Source: Ascoidea asiatica JCM 7603
Taxonomy: Eukaryota > Fungi > Ascomycota
DNA length: 46,502 bases
NCBI GenBank assembly: GCA_001600695.1
Contig: BCKQ01000014.1
Location: 1-46,502 of the forward strand
Direction: 5' to 3'
A program made the position numbers and the translations under genes. The stretch's first letter is position 1; each line of letters starts with the position of its first letter. This document shows, piece by piece, positions 24,909 to 36,772 of this stretch. Below the pieces are notes generated by a model. It did not search any database. It was not told the DNA's origin and saw nothing but the letters and a program-made list of their open reading frames with translations.

Positions 24909-25413
24909 TTTGATTAATATAATATTGAATATTTGAATTAACTAAATTTCTATGAAAACAGACGAATGATGTAATTGTGGATAAAATTTCAAAATTGAAT
25001 AATAAAAAGTAAAAACTTCCATTTTTTATACTTTGAAGTAAAAAGAAAAAAATACCTTTTTTTTATGATGGCTCTCTTTTAATGATTCAAAAATAGAAAA
25101 AAAAAAGAAGAAAAAATTAAATTAAATTGAATTAATAATCAATTCAATTATTAATCAATTGATTACTAATAAGCTTTTTTTACTTCTGAAATCTTGCCAT
25201 AAAACTTGTTCAATGCGTTTCAAAAAACTTTCTCCTTCGTAAGCATAAATTATACTTCTAGGTTAACATATCAAATCGCCTAATGTGTAATAAATATATT
25301 TTGAATATTTCCATAAACGAAAATTTCATTTTTAGTACTTGTAACTTATAATATATGTCAAAGAATTGAATAGTAATACTTATGAAATTGGATAAAAATT
25401 GATTAGAAATTAT

Positions 25414-26586
25414 TTATAAATTTGCTACTAACTTACTTCTGTCTTTCAATGCCTTTTTTGAATCAAGTTTTTTTAAAACTGCAACAAATCCACCTCCTGT
25501 AGCTATTTTTGTTCCAATTTTTGGTTTACAAACAAGCCCAACATTCATCTCATTTTTATCATCATTTTCCATTTTGATTACTTCAGATCTAATATCCCAT
25601 TCTCTAAACCCACCAAATGTTAAATTATTGCCAATTTCATAACTTGTAATATATTTTAAAAAAATTTTATCTTTATTATCATTGTTTATATTTTTCGAAG
25701 TTTCAATGAAATTAATAGCTTTAATAATTTGACTTATTGAAGGAACAAATACTATTAGTTTAGAATTTTTTATCATAATTTTGCTTACACTTTTCAATTC
25801 TTTTATAAAATCAGGCATATCAAGAAAAGCACCTTCTATAAACTCATTATCATTATAATTAGATTCCTTATTATATTTAAAACTTTCTTTCTCTATCCAA
25901 TCACTTAAACCATTTTCCGAATGATGGAATTTAACTTTATCTTTATCATAATATATACCTCTTCTAAAATTAACAATATTATCTTTAGCTTGATTTAAAT
26001 TCCTTAAATTTTTATCAACTGAATGTAAAATTACATTTTTATTGCAATTGAAGCTTTTAGAAAAATTTATTGTCATTGAACCAAATCCACTACCACATTC
26101 CAAAAATTGAATTGGTTTATCATAATTCTCTAATTGATGAAAATGTAAATTGTCAAATAAATTTAAGATTAATAAACAATCGATTGAATATATTGGTTGT
26201 ACAAATTTTGGATTTTTAAATTTTATAAATTCATCTAAAGTTGGAAATTTTATTATATAATTCTCATTTTTTCTCAATAAGATTGTATTCTCATTTTTCC
26301 CAATTATTTCTTCACATTCAATTTTATTATTTTTATTCAAATATATGCTTAATTCTTTGTGAATTGGCTCAGTTAACCAAACCTTACTAGGGTTTGATAA
26401 TTGCCTGATTAAAACAACATCTTTTTCATAAATTTTAGAATTTAATCTAATAGGTTCCTTTGCTTCAGCTATTAAATGTTTATCTGGAGTTATAGTATTA
26501 TTAGCATAAATTGTTGAATTAAATCTTTTTAACAAATTTCTCAAATTAATACTTCCATTGAACCTTTTTAGCATAATTATTCCCAT
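25414..26586 (-). CDS. Trm61/TRMT61B-like tRNA m1A58 methyltransferase, probably mitochondrial
   Basis: PTLDEF...QPIY..D, LECGSGFGSMT (SAM motif I), FLDMP, FVPSISQI, REWDIR. Basic, non-acidic N-terminus resembles a presequence. Confidence 0.85.
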   Translation of the reverse strand: MGIIMLKRFNGSINLRNLLKRFNSTIYANNTITPDKHLIAEAKEPIRLNSKIYEKDVVLIRQLSNPSKVWLTEPIHKELSIYLNKNNKIECEEIIGKNENTILLRKNENYIIKFPTLDEFIKFKNPKFVQPIYSIDCLLILNLFDNLHFHQLENYDKPIQFLECGSGFGSMTINFSKSFNCNKNVILHSVDKNLRNLNQAKDNIVNFRRGIYYDKDKVKFHHSENGLSDWIEKESFKYNKESNYNDNEFIEGAFLDMPDFIKELKSVSKIMIKNSKLIVFVPSISQIIKAINFIETSKNINNDNKDKIFLKYITSYEIGNNLTFGGFREWDIRSEVIKMENDDKNEMNVGLVCKPKIGTKIATGGGFVAVLKKLDSKKALKDRSKLVANL

Positions 26587-27971
26587 TTAAATTTGCAGTT
26601 ATTTTCAAATCATTATTATCTCTTTCTACTCTTTTATTTTTTTCAAACAATTAAAGGTTTTTTCCTGAAATTTTCCACAACACGTGAAACCATAAATAAA
26701 TAACGTTAACGATACATGTTACACGAAGTGATTGAAAACAATGTTTTCCAGAATCAGGTACTCTGCTAGATTTTATTAGACATTCTTAATATTCCAAATA
26801 AAATTAAATCACCAAATTATGCTGCTTTTGCTTGTAATCTGAATTTATTCTATCCATAATTCTAACCCAATCATTGCCATAGGAGATGCTCAAGCACCGT
26901 TTAACCTTCTGATTGATCATATTCGGAAACATATTGTATCTATGATAGCAGGGTCTATTTCCTATTTCCTCAATAAATAAAGATTTACTTTCTTTTGCCT
27001 TAATTTCTATTGGTTTTATATCATATTATCAAATTTTCATAGTTGATATCCTAAATGCAATTAGATGTTTTTCATCATACAAAATCAGTATCTTTCTTAG
27101 AGAATTCGGAAGCATTTATCTAAAATGAAAGAAAAAATATGATTAGCTTACTTTGAATATACTAAATGTTTGAAAATGGAATAATTAGACTTTCTTTTTG
27201 TGAAAAAATATCTATCTCTTTCAAATAACAAGCCCAGCAGTCAAAAAAACATCAAACTCTCGCCTTCCAAAATTTTGATTTATAGCTATATCATTAGCAC
27301 CCCTTGGAATAAATTTTATAGAGCTACTGCTTTTATCATTTTTTTTTTAGACTGGTATTATGACTTTTTGATTCAATCCCAAATTTCACTGATTTAACTT
27401 TAAGTAAGCTTTGATTTGAAAAAAGTGAAAGAAATACAATTTGGTTATTTTTTATAAAAAATTCAAAAACATTTGATGTTCTTAGAATGAGTAATTAATA
27501 ATATACAATTTGAACGCACAAGAGAAATGAGCCATATACACTTTATATCAATAAATGTTAAAGATTTATTGAATATATTTAACAGAAACTCTATAAAGTG
27601 CTTGGAGTCCCTTTATACTACAAGATTACTTTTCATTCCATGAAATATCATTAAAGAGTTTTACACTCTATTATGCACTATTTAATGTATTAAATTGTGT
27701 TGGTCAAAACAGTAGAGTTAATCCTAAAAACATTTAACATATCTGAATGCTCAAATAGTCAGAGTAAAAAAATAAGGATCCAAGAATATAAAATAAAACC
27801 ATTGAAGTTCTAATGATGAAGGAATAAATTATGAAGTAAAAATTGAAATAGGAATAGTAGTAATAATAATAATAGTAATAAAAATAATAATAAAGAAATA
27901 ATTATGGATAACTAATAGTTCAAATTTTGGAAAAATGAAAATTGTTCAGCCATATATGCAAACTAACCAAT

Positions 27972-29543
27972 TTAATAACTATATCTGAAATATTTATTTT
28001 CAAAATCTGTTAAGTTTGACCAAGCAGTTCTCATTTCCTCTTCTTCGGTTATTGGTTCTTCTCCTTTTTGTTCTTCATCTCTTTTTTTATTTCTAAGATA
28101 ATAAATAAATACAACTAACCATGTAATAAATATACTTGCAGCTTGTGTAGCTAACATTGAAACTTTGGCAGGAATATAATCAGGTGCATCTCTAGCTTGA
28201 TATGATTGAGGTCCAACAACATTACCAATTGCAAATCCAAACATTATAAATATATTAGCTCCAATTTTTTTCGTATGTCCAGAAAAATTAGCTGCAACCC
28301 ATGAATAAACAATTGCTAAAGGTGCGACAACCGTATTAATAAGATATATTCCTGTAAGTAATCCTCCTTGTGCATGTTTTGGTAAAAATGACATCAAAGC
28401 TCCTCCAATAACTGCTGGAATTAATAAAAGTGTATTCGAAATCCATCTTGGAAATCCTCTCATGATAAAATATGTTGAAAGTAATGTAGAAACTATAGAA
28501 ACTGCACCTGATGGCATATTTAATAATGCTGCTTCTTTTGATGTGAAACCAAAAGAAATTATATCTGTTGCTGAAAATGTTGAGATTGTATTTGATGAAA
28601 ATGAAATTGTTGCTGATAATATCATCAATAACCATGGTTGAGGATCAAGTAATAATTCTTTAACTTGTGCAGGTACAAAAACTTTACTTTGAACTCCAAC
28701 CTTACTACTTGTTAATTTTTTAAGTAATGTAAATTTTTCTTTATCACTTAAAAATTTACAAGAAATTGGATTATCAGGTAATAAGAAATATGCAATAACT
28801 CCAACAAAAAAATTAACAACTCCAATAACGATAAACATAATTCTCCATCCTTCAATTGAAGCATGTTCAACTAGTTGAAAAAGATATGATATAAGTCCAC
28901 CAACTATTTGTCCTAAACCTAAACCACAATACCATATACCACTTCTAAAAGAACCTTCTGATGAAGTATACCACATTGTTGTCATTAATAATAATGCAGG
29001 TGAAATAGCTGCTTCTGACATACCTAAGAAAATTCTAACAATAAGCATTCCTGCAAAATTTTTTGGTGCTGCACAACATGCTGTTAACAACCCCCATATC
29101 ATAACATTAGCTCCTAAAACTTTTGATGGAGAAAATTTTTGTAAGAAATATCCTTGAATTGGTTCAAAAAAGAAAAAGGCAACAAAGAAAAAAGTTGGTA
29201 AATAAGAAAATTCATTTCCAGTAAATTTAAGATCTTTTGTCATTCCCATAACTTTTGAATAATTTAAAACAACTTTATCTAAAAATTGTAAGAAATAGCA
29301 AGCCAACATTATTAACATTATTCTTTTATCAACTTTTTTTGTTATTTTATTTGCTTCATCCATTATAAAAGATTCATCATCTTCTGTTGCTTTTGGATGT
29401 TGATCTCTGTAATTTGTCAAAAATTTAAAAACAATATCTTCATGAACACCACCAACACTTTTGGAAAACACAGTAGATACTTCATTGAAGTTATCAGATG
29501 AATTCAATTCATTTATAGCTTCACTTGATTTGGATTTTTCCAT
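27972..29543 (-). CDS. ACS-family MFS permease (Dal5/Thi73-like)
   Basis: KVDKRIM..M..CYFLQFLDK..LNY, about 12 hydrophobic segments, WY...E...R.GIW, LPDNP....FL, GHTKK, GN.VGPQ, LTDFENKYFRY. Confidence 0.93.
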   Translation of the reverse strand: MEKSKSSEAINELNSSDNFNEVSTVFSKSVGGVHEDIVFKFLTNYRDQHPKATEDDESFIMDEANKITKKVDKRIMLIMLACYFLQFLDKVVLNYSKVMGMTKDLKFTGNEFSYLPTFFFVAFFFFEPIQGYFLQKFSPSKVLGANVMIWGLLTACCAAPKNFAGMLIVRIFLGMSEAAISPALLLMTTMWYTSSEGSFRSGIWYCGLGLGQIVGGLISYLFQLVEHASIEGWRIMFIVIGVVNFFVGVIAYFLLPDNPISCKFLSDKEKFTLLKKLTSSKVGVQSKVFVPAQVKELLLDPQPWLLMILSATISFSSNTISTFSATDIISFGFTSKEAALLNMPSGAVSIVSTLLSTYFIMRGFPRWISNTLLLIPAVIGGALMSFLPKHAQGGLLTGIYLINTVVAPLAIVYSWVAANFSGHTKKIGANIFIMFGFAIGNVVGPQSYQARDAPDYIPAKVSMLATQAASIFITWLVVFIYYLRNKKRDEEQKGEEPITEEEEMRTAWSNLTDFENKYFRYSY

Positions 29544-31215
29544 TGTTATTATATTTAATTTTGATTTATTTTATTTTATTATATTTTGTTGTAAAAAATT
29601 GAGAGTTGAGATATGTATACTTTAAAAAAGGAAAATAATTGATATTGAATTAATATAATGAAATATTGAGTTGAATTAGTTTTCAAATTTTAGTTATAAA
29701 TCTCTACTGAGTATTAAAATGAATTGAAAAAAAAAAAAATAGAACGAAACAAAAGATATTAAATATGATTTGAAACTAAAGAGATATTGTTTATTTTATA
29801 TTCCTTGATAGTAGTATGCAATTAATACGGTAGTGCATGTGTAGAGAAAGAATAGGATAAAGCAAAGTATAATGCTATATTTTTTTTTTGCATAAATGAA
29901 TATCCTAATCGCTGAAGTAAAAACAAAGAAAATGCAATAAAAAAATACAAAGTAAAGAAAAAAAACTTTCAATCAGAAGCAGTAATTAGTAAATAAATTG
30001 TATCTTGATATTTTTTTAGATTTCAGAATACCCCATTTTGATAGGTTATGCTGGTAATATGTTAATAAAAAAACCCAAAATCTTAGAGAGGTTCATATCT
30101 GAATGAATATCAGATATATTAAAAAGGATTCAATTGACAATGAAATGAAAAAAGGATACTCGATCCTCAATATTCGAATTTCTATACTAATCGATAATAT
30201 TTTATTGAAATGGGCTTAATTGGGACCAGTTCAATCTATCTTTCAAGTTATCAGTTTCTGCACTGATTCTGTAACGTTAAATCAAGATATTTCATTTAAC
30301 TTGATATTATGTGGAAGTTGGTATGGGCAGGTGCAGATGAAGTTACAGCACTTGCAAGTTAAAATTTCCAAATAATCACTAAATAATAATTCACCTTTTG
30401 TTTTTGTTTTTGTTTTTGTTTTTTCATTTATTATTGTTTTTTAGCTTTGAGTGCTTTAAAATTGCAACTACAATTTCCTTCTGGGGAATTTCATGAAATC
30501 TGTAAATCTGTAAATCTTACTCACAGATATATAGTAAAAAGAGACCGAAAGAGAATAGTTTCATCTCTGTGTTGAAATGGAAAATTTTTAAGTAGTTACA
30601 GCCTGCTTTTGGCTTGAGATACAAATACATAAAAAAAATATCAACTTCCTGGGTTCATGGAGCAAATTTCAGATTTGCTTTGAATTTTTGAAATTGCTGG
30701 CTCTTGTTAGATTGAGTTAGAAGAATTGTATTTCAATCTTCTAATTTCAGATATCAAAGACTAGAATCAATTGAAGAAACAAAAGTACTGGATTTTATTC
30801 GAAGAAAATGTTTATGGAAATAAAAATGATCATATATAATATATACATTATTTTATAGACAAATATCTTCTGACGTATCTTTTAATAACATATTTCAGAG
30901 CCCGTAATGCTTACTTAGTGCTGTCACAAGAGAGCCAATGCTCCTTGAAATGAATTTATTCACGTCTTTTTGAGAAAGTACTGTGGAATATGATAACTTA
31001 GCAGTAGCTTCTATATTTGAAGCAAATAACTTCTTGAAAGGATTATATATTTAAACCATCATTTTTCTCTTTTTTGAAAAGTCCCCTTGTTCTGAATTTG
31101 TTTTTTCTGTTTTTGAAAACGTTATTATATTTCTTTTTTTGAAAACAAAAAAGTTTTCTGTTTCAAAAAATTGAAAATTATAATTATTAATTAAAAAATA
31201 AAGAAATAATCTGGC

Positions 31216-31783
31216 CTTATCTGACAGAGCTAATTATTAATATTGCCCTAAATTATTGTAAGTTAACATTTTTTTAATCCACACCACATTTTGAAGTTTC
31301 AACGTTGTCAAATTAGCATCTTTAATTTACAAATATTCAAAACATTTTATCAAAGATTTAAAACATTTCCAACAGCAAGGCAGAAACAAATAACAAATAA
31401 TCAATCTGGAAATAAAAATAGATCTAGTACCAACAATTAACTCAATAAGTTTCACTTCACCACTTTTCAGTCTTATCTGCTTCGTCCTAATAATCGTTTG
31501 GATAAGCTTCACTTTTAGTATAGGCCGTAGGTGTATTTTATCATGGGCCTGTTTTCGTACTAAAGTAACTGTGGTTTATGATTCATTTTATTGTTCAGAT
31601 CTTTGACTTACTCTGCAGGATTGCAATCGATTGTTTATTTGGTTTGGTTTAGAATGATCTGATTTTATTTTCTGTTAATTTTATTTAGTTGAATTAAACT
31701 GGTTGGTTGTTAAATATTTTCAATCTATTAGCACTCTGAGTAAATTTCAATATAATATCAAAATAAAATGGTCTCAACTTATC
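31216..31783. promoter_or_regulatory. Four GATAAG/CTTATC motifs in the divergent permease-monooxygenase promoter
   Basis: CTTATC at 31216, 31472 and 31778; GATAAG at 31501. Confidence 0.45.
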
Positions 31784-32134
31784 TTCATCTAAAAACTTGA
31801 AATGAAAAAAAAAAAAGAAAGGAAATGCTCTAGTTTTTTTCCTAGCTTATTCTTTAAAAAAAGTATAAAAAAATAATAATTACTATTATAATAATTCAAT
31901 TCTAGCATCTATACTAATGACTTTCCACTTCATTAAAGAAACATATTCTTGTTTTTCAATTGTTCTACTTTCCTAATAATTCAATAATACAATTTTACGC
32001 AAACCTTCAAAAAATTTAACTAACACTTACTAACAATTACTAATCGTAACTATCTTATATAAAGCAATTCAGTTTCAAAAATTTTAAACCCTTTAATCAA
32101 TAGTAAAAAAATAAAGATAATTTAAAAAAAAATA

Positions 32135-33370
32135 ATGACTTCAAAAACTTGGAATGATGGAAAAATTTTAATTTCAGGTGCTGGAATAATTGGCTTAACT
32201 TTAGCTCAAGCTTTAACAAAACTAGATATTCCTTTTGAAATTTTTGATAGAGATGAATCAATTAATTCTAGAACTCAAGGTTGGGGTATAACTTTGCATT
32301 GGGCTTTGAATGATCTTTTAAGCATTATTCCTGAATCTTTACATCAAAAAATCTACGAAGCTCAAGTATTAGAAAATTTTCATTTAAAAGATAATGGAAA
32401 TTTTATTTTTATAAATGCATCATCTGGTGTTCCTTTTGTTAAAATTCCTCCCTCAAAGAGATTAAGAGTCAGAAGAGAACAAATCAGAAATATTCTTTCT
32501 ACTGACATCAATACTAATTGGAATTGTGAATCAGCTGATATTAAAGTTGATGAAAATTCAATTGATAAAAATAAATCAGTAACTGTTACTTGTAAAAATG
32601 GTAAAGTTTTTCAAGGTTCAATTCTAGTAGGAATTGAAGGTTCAAATTCTTCAACAAGACTATTTGTCAATCCAGAAAATGGTAAGTTACAATACTTTCC
32701 GATGAAATTTTTAGGTGCAACTGTTAAAATTAATACTAAAGAATATGAAAATCTATCAAGAAAATTTGATCCATTATTATTTCAAGGTACAATTCCAAAT
32801 AAAAATACATTTTTTTGGTATAGTCTTTTAGGCACTCCACAATATACAAAAATTGAAGATGAATATCATGTTCAAGTTATGATGTCGTGGAAAATAACCA
32901 AAGATTATGAAAATGAAAAATTTGAAACGAAAGAAGAAAAAATTAAAGCAATTAAATTACATACCCAAGGTTTAAATAGTGAACTAAGCTATCTTGTTAG
33001 TAAAATGACACAAAGCAAAGAAAGTTTTATGGAATTGAAATTAGCTGATTGGCCAATTGTTGAATGGAATGATCATAATAATAAAATTCTATTAATGGGA
33101 GACTCTTTACATGCCATGACAATGTTCAGAGGAGAAGCTTGCAATCATGGAATTGCAGATGTTAAAACATTCATTGACTTAATTTTGGATGAAAAAAAAT
33201 CGTGGGAAGATGTAGTAAAGGATTTTAAAACTTCAGTTCATGAAAGATGTTGCAAAGCGGTATTGTTGTCAAGACAAGCTTGTTATGATGCTCACGATTT
33301 CAACAATCTAGATCCTTTGGTTTCACCATTGTTGTCAGTTAGAAATAAAAAGGAAAAAATTAAAGAGTGA
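32135..33370 (+). CDS. Group A FAD-dependent monooxygenase (aromatic hydroxylase-like)
   Basis: ILISGAGIIGL (GxGxxG), LVGIEGSNS (variant DG motif), LMGDSLHAMTMFRGEACNHGIAD (GD motif). Confidence 0.92.
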   Translation: MTSKTWNDGKILISGAGIIGLTLAQALTKLDIPFEIFDRDESINSRTQGWGITLHWALNDLLSIIPESLHQKIYEAQVLENFHLKDNGNFIFINASSGVPFVKIPPSKRLRVRREQIRNILSTDINTNWNCESADIKVDENSIDKNKSVTVTCKNGKVFQGSILVGIEGSNSSTRLFVNPENGKLQYFPMKFLGATVKINTKEYENLSRKFDPLLFQGTIPNKNTFFWYSLLGTPQYTKIEDEYHVQVMMSWKITKDYENEKFETKEEKIKAIKLHTQGLNSELSYLVSKMTQSKESFMELKLADWPIVEWNDHNNKILLMGDSLHAMTMFRGEACNHGIADVKTFIDLILDEKKSWEDVVKDFKTSVHERCCKAVLLSRQACYDAHDFNNLDPLVSPLLSVRNKKEKIKE

Positions 33371-34057
33371 ATTAATATTTCTATTTTTTCAAGTTTTCTG
33401 TTCTTCCACCTAAAATTTCAAATGTCTTTTTTTATTAGTATATCAAAGCTTGATACAAATGTTATATGATCCATCATGTTGGTTTATTTATCTTTTATTC
33501 AGCATCAGTAAAATTAAACAAATTCACTTGAATTGTCTATTATTTTTAAATATATTTCAATCGCACAATCGTAGATCTTTTCCGGTGCTATTTTTTAGGG
33601 TTTTTGTTCAAGTTTACACCGCTTTTAAGGTTAATAGCAGTGAAAACCAAAAATATTCTTCTGCGTTTACGGGCTGTTTACTACATTCTGCCCACCCTGG
33701 TGGTAAGTTCTTGTAGTCACGTGAGACTGGGAATGGATTTAGGTTTCTTTTCTAAGCTATCAAAAACTGAGATTACTTCAAGGATTGAATAATAATTATT
33801 AAATGAATATAAAATGTTTTAATGGAAGTGTTGGGATTCCTCAGACATAATGGAATAAATTAAGTTGTTTTAGTTTAAAAATTATCAAAGATAATGAAAA
33901 ATAAGGTCAATAATAGAAATATATTAATAATAAATATTAAGTATTAATATATGTAAAATAGTAAATATAAAACTCGATAATTTCAAAACTATATAAAATT
34001 GAAAAAAAGCTTAGACAAAAATAGACATATTTAAATAGTTTTGTTTACATAAAACAA

Positions 34058-34475
34058 TTAATCTTCTTCATCACTTGAAATGTCAATTACTTATAATTTT
34101 TTCCTTGTTTTTATTATGAGTACCTCTGTAGCAACGGCCTAAATATTCAGAGCTATAATTAACATCATAACTTTCTAACCGCCAAGCCCAATTTTTAAAA
34201 GATAAACAAATCGGATTATTCCTTAATAGTTTGGTAATCAATTTCACTTTTGTTGAGTCATATTTTTGATACAAATATGGTTCTTCACAGCATTTTTAAA
34301 AGAAATTATCTAATTTTTTTTTCATTTGAACTGGTAAATTATCTTTACTTTTTACCCAACGTTTTGGAGTTAATGCTTTTTTTATAATTGATTCTTCCGA
34401 TTGGCTACCAACCAGTGAAGGATTAAAGGCAAATTTAACATTTTTTGGTTGAAAATAAGTAGGTGGAGGATCCAT
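34058..34475 (-). pseudogene. Decayed ~140-codon orphan ORF
   Basis: Track ORFs 34296-34637 and 34083-34274 share a frame and are split by one TAA. AAAATG start at 34475. A shifted frame ends VIDISSDEED*. Confidence 0.45.
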
Positions 34476-36693
34476 TTTTAATTGAAGTAATTTTAGTAAT
34501 ATTAGTGGCTGAAGGAAAAGAAAATAAAACAAGAAAAGGGTTAACTCAAATATTTTTGACAACGAGAAACAACAACTGACAACAACTGACAACACATACA
34601 TTGAACATCCAACATTCAATATAAAAAAATAAGTCACGTGTCATAGTTGAAATATATTTGAATTAAACTTAAAAGAAATAAAAATAAAGAAATAATAATT
34701 GCCTGTAAAAGCATAAAAAGAAAAAGTAAAATAAATGAAAACAATTTTAACAGGAAGTCAATCAATTCAATCATTTCAATTTGAAATGGGACTTGTAATA
34801 TTTTTAGATTTTGATTCTATGCAAGACTTAAATATAGTGGAATTTAGGAGATTTAGCTTCAAATTAAAATTACAGTACAGATTGCTAATTTTTTTCATAA
34901 ATTGCCGGTGGATATAACCCTATCTCAATAACTCATGGTTTGAAAAAAAAAATTATATAACTACTACGGTAAAATAGTTCGCTTTAATTAATTATTTTTG
35001 AATAAAAGCAGCAGCAACCAAATAAATAATTTTCTTTCAAATACTTTAGCTAGTGCGAATACTATAATTATTATTATTAATATGCATGTTTCAAAAGAGA
35101 CTCTATAATATCAAAAGTGATTGGTATGTTATTTATAGTACTATAATTTTCAAATATTTGCTGCTCTAAACTCAGGTTTACCAAAATTCTTGAATTATTT
35201 AAATTATTATTATTGTGGCCGAGAGTTATTAACTTACTATAGCTAAGATTTTTGGTTGTTTCGACGAAGGTATTAATATATGGATGTGTATATGAGAGCA
35301 TAAATTTACTTCAAAAACTTTTTCTCAATGGTTTCAATGTTATTTTTTTTAAGTTTAAACTGAAAAACAAGTTATTTTCTGTAAAAGTTCTTTGTTTCTT
35401 AAATAAACTTGAAATTGAAACTAATCTCACTTGCTATGTTAAACAGTAGTGACACGTTTTTTTGGTAGTGATTTTTCTTTTATGATGGTCTGGTCTTGGA
35501 ATTTTAGTAAAACTATTCAAATAGAAAATAACGGCTAAAATGAAACAAAATATTTACTCCATGAAAAGTAGATACATATCCATTTATATGGTATTATGTG
35601 TTTGATTTTAGTGGAAAAAAAAATAAGAATTTAGTGGTGTTTTTTTTCAGAAAAAAACGGTACAGGTATAATTAGAAATTGCTCTGAAGAAGACGAATGC
35701 TATTCTTGAATTTATCATTGCACTTGAATTACCTGCTGTAGAGTACTGAGGTTTGGTTAATAGGCAAAAAATTTGAACAAATACATAGCAAAAATATGTT
35801 AGAGGACTTTTTTTTACCTTTTGTGCTTTGTAAAACGCACGAGTTCAATTGTTTGGTATAGGCTTAGCCGAATTTTAATCTTAATTTTACTCTAGAAAAC
35901 TTCCTAAGCCAAAGTCAATTAGTAAAAATCAAAAAACAAAAAAAAATGTTGGGATAATGGTTGTGTAATGTAACAGAAAGTCTGACAGCTAAATGATAAT
36001 TGAGTAATCTTGCCTGAGTTTATTTAGCTATGTGAGTTGAGATGTGAATAAATTGGATTGGAAAAAATGTTATTGAATTTGAAAATCGAATGATAAAATA
36101 TAAATGGAGAATATCAAGAGAAAGTTACAAAATAAGGAGCAAACTTTTTTATTTATTAAGTGAACCTTATAATATCATTGAAAATCTGGTGAATGCCTTT
36201 TCAATTTGTTTAAGCACAATTATATTTTATTCAGAGAAATACCTTTGCTATAAAAAAATTGCTGAATTATCATACTCCCAATTATAATTTACTGGCTATC
36301 TTCTCTAATTTTGAATAACATAAAAGATTGATATGTAATATATGAAGTTGCATTGCATTATTTGAGAATAACCAAGAATTTAGTGAAATCCCATTGGTGA
36401 TAAAAAGATTGTAGTATAAATCTTTCGGTTTATTGTTTTTTCACATGAGCCATTGCAATTACAAACTGAAACTAATTAATCAGGCTTTTTGTTACAACTT
36501 CCTTTCATTTTATATTTTCCTTAAATTATTCGCGAAGATGCAGAAATTTCGCAATATATTAGATTAATTACTTAAATAACCAACTCAACTTTGAATACTC
36601 CCAAGAGAAAATACATGAACCTAACAATGAGAAATTCGAGAGAACTACACTACTTATTTTTATTTAGAGGTTTTTGAATGGCTGAGAAAGTTT

Positions 36694-36772
36694 TTGGTTT
36701 TCACTTTTAACTTTTCGTTTTTCACTTTTTAGTTTTAGTTTTAGTTTTAGTTTTTAGTTTTTGGTTTGTTTT
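36694..36772. repeat. Degenerate (TTTTAG/TTTTNN)n simple repeat
   Basis: ttttagttttagttttagttttag core with degenerate flanks. Confidence 0.65.

Noticed and set aside
33717-34640. GTCACGTG (CDEI-like) sites as a point centromere
   Set aside because: No CDEIII CCG element at the proper spacing; more likely ordinary bHLH/Cbf1 sites.
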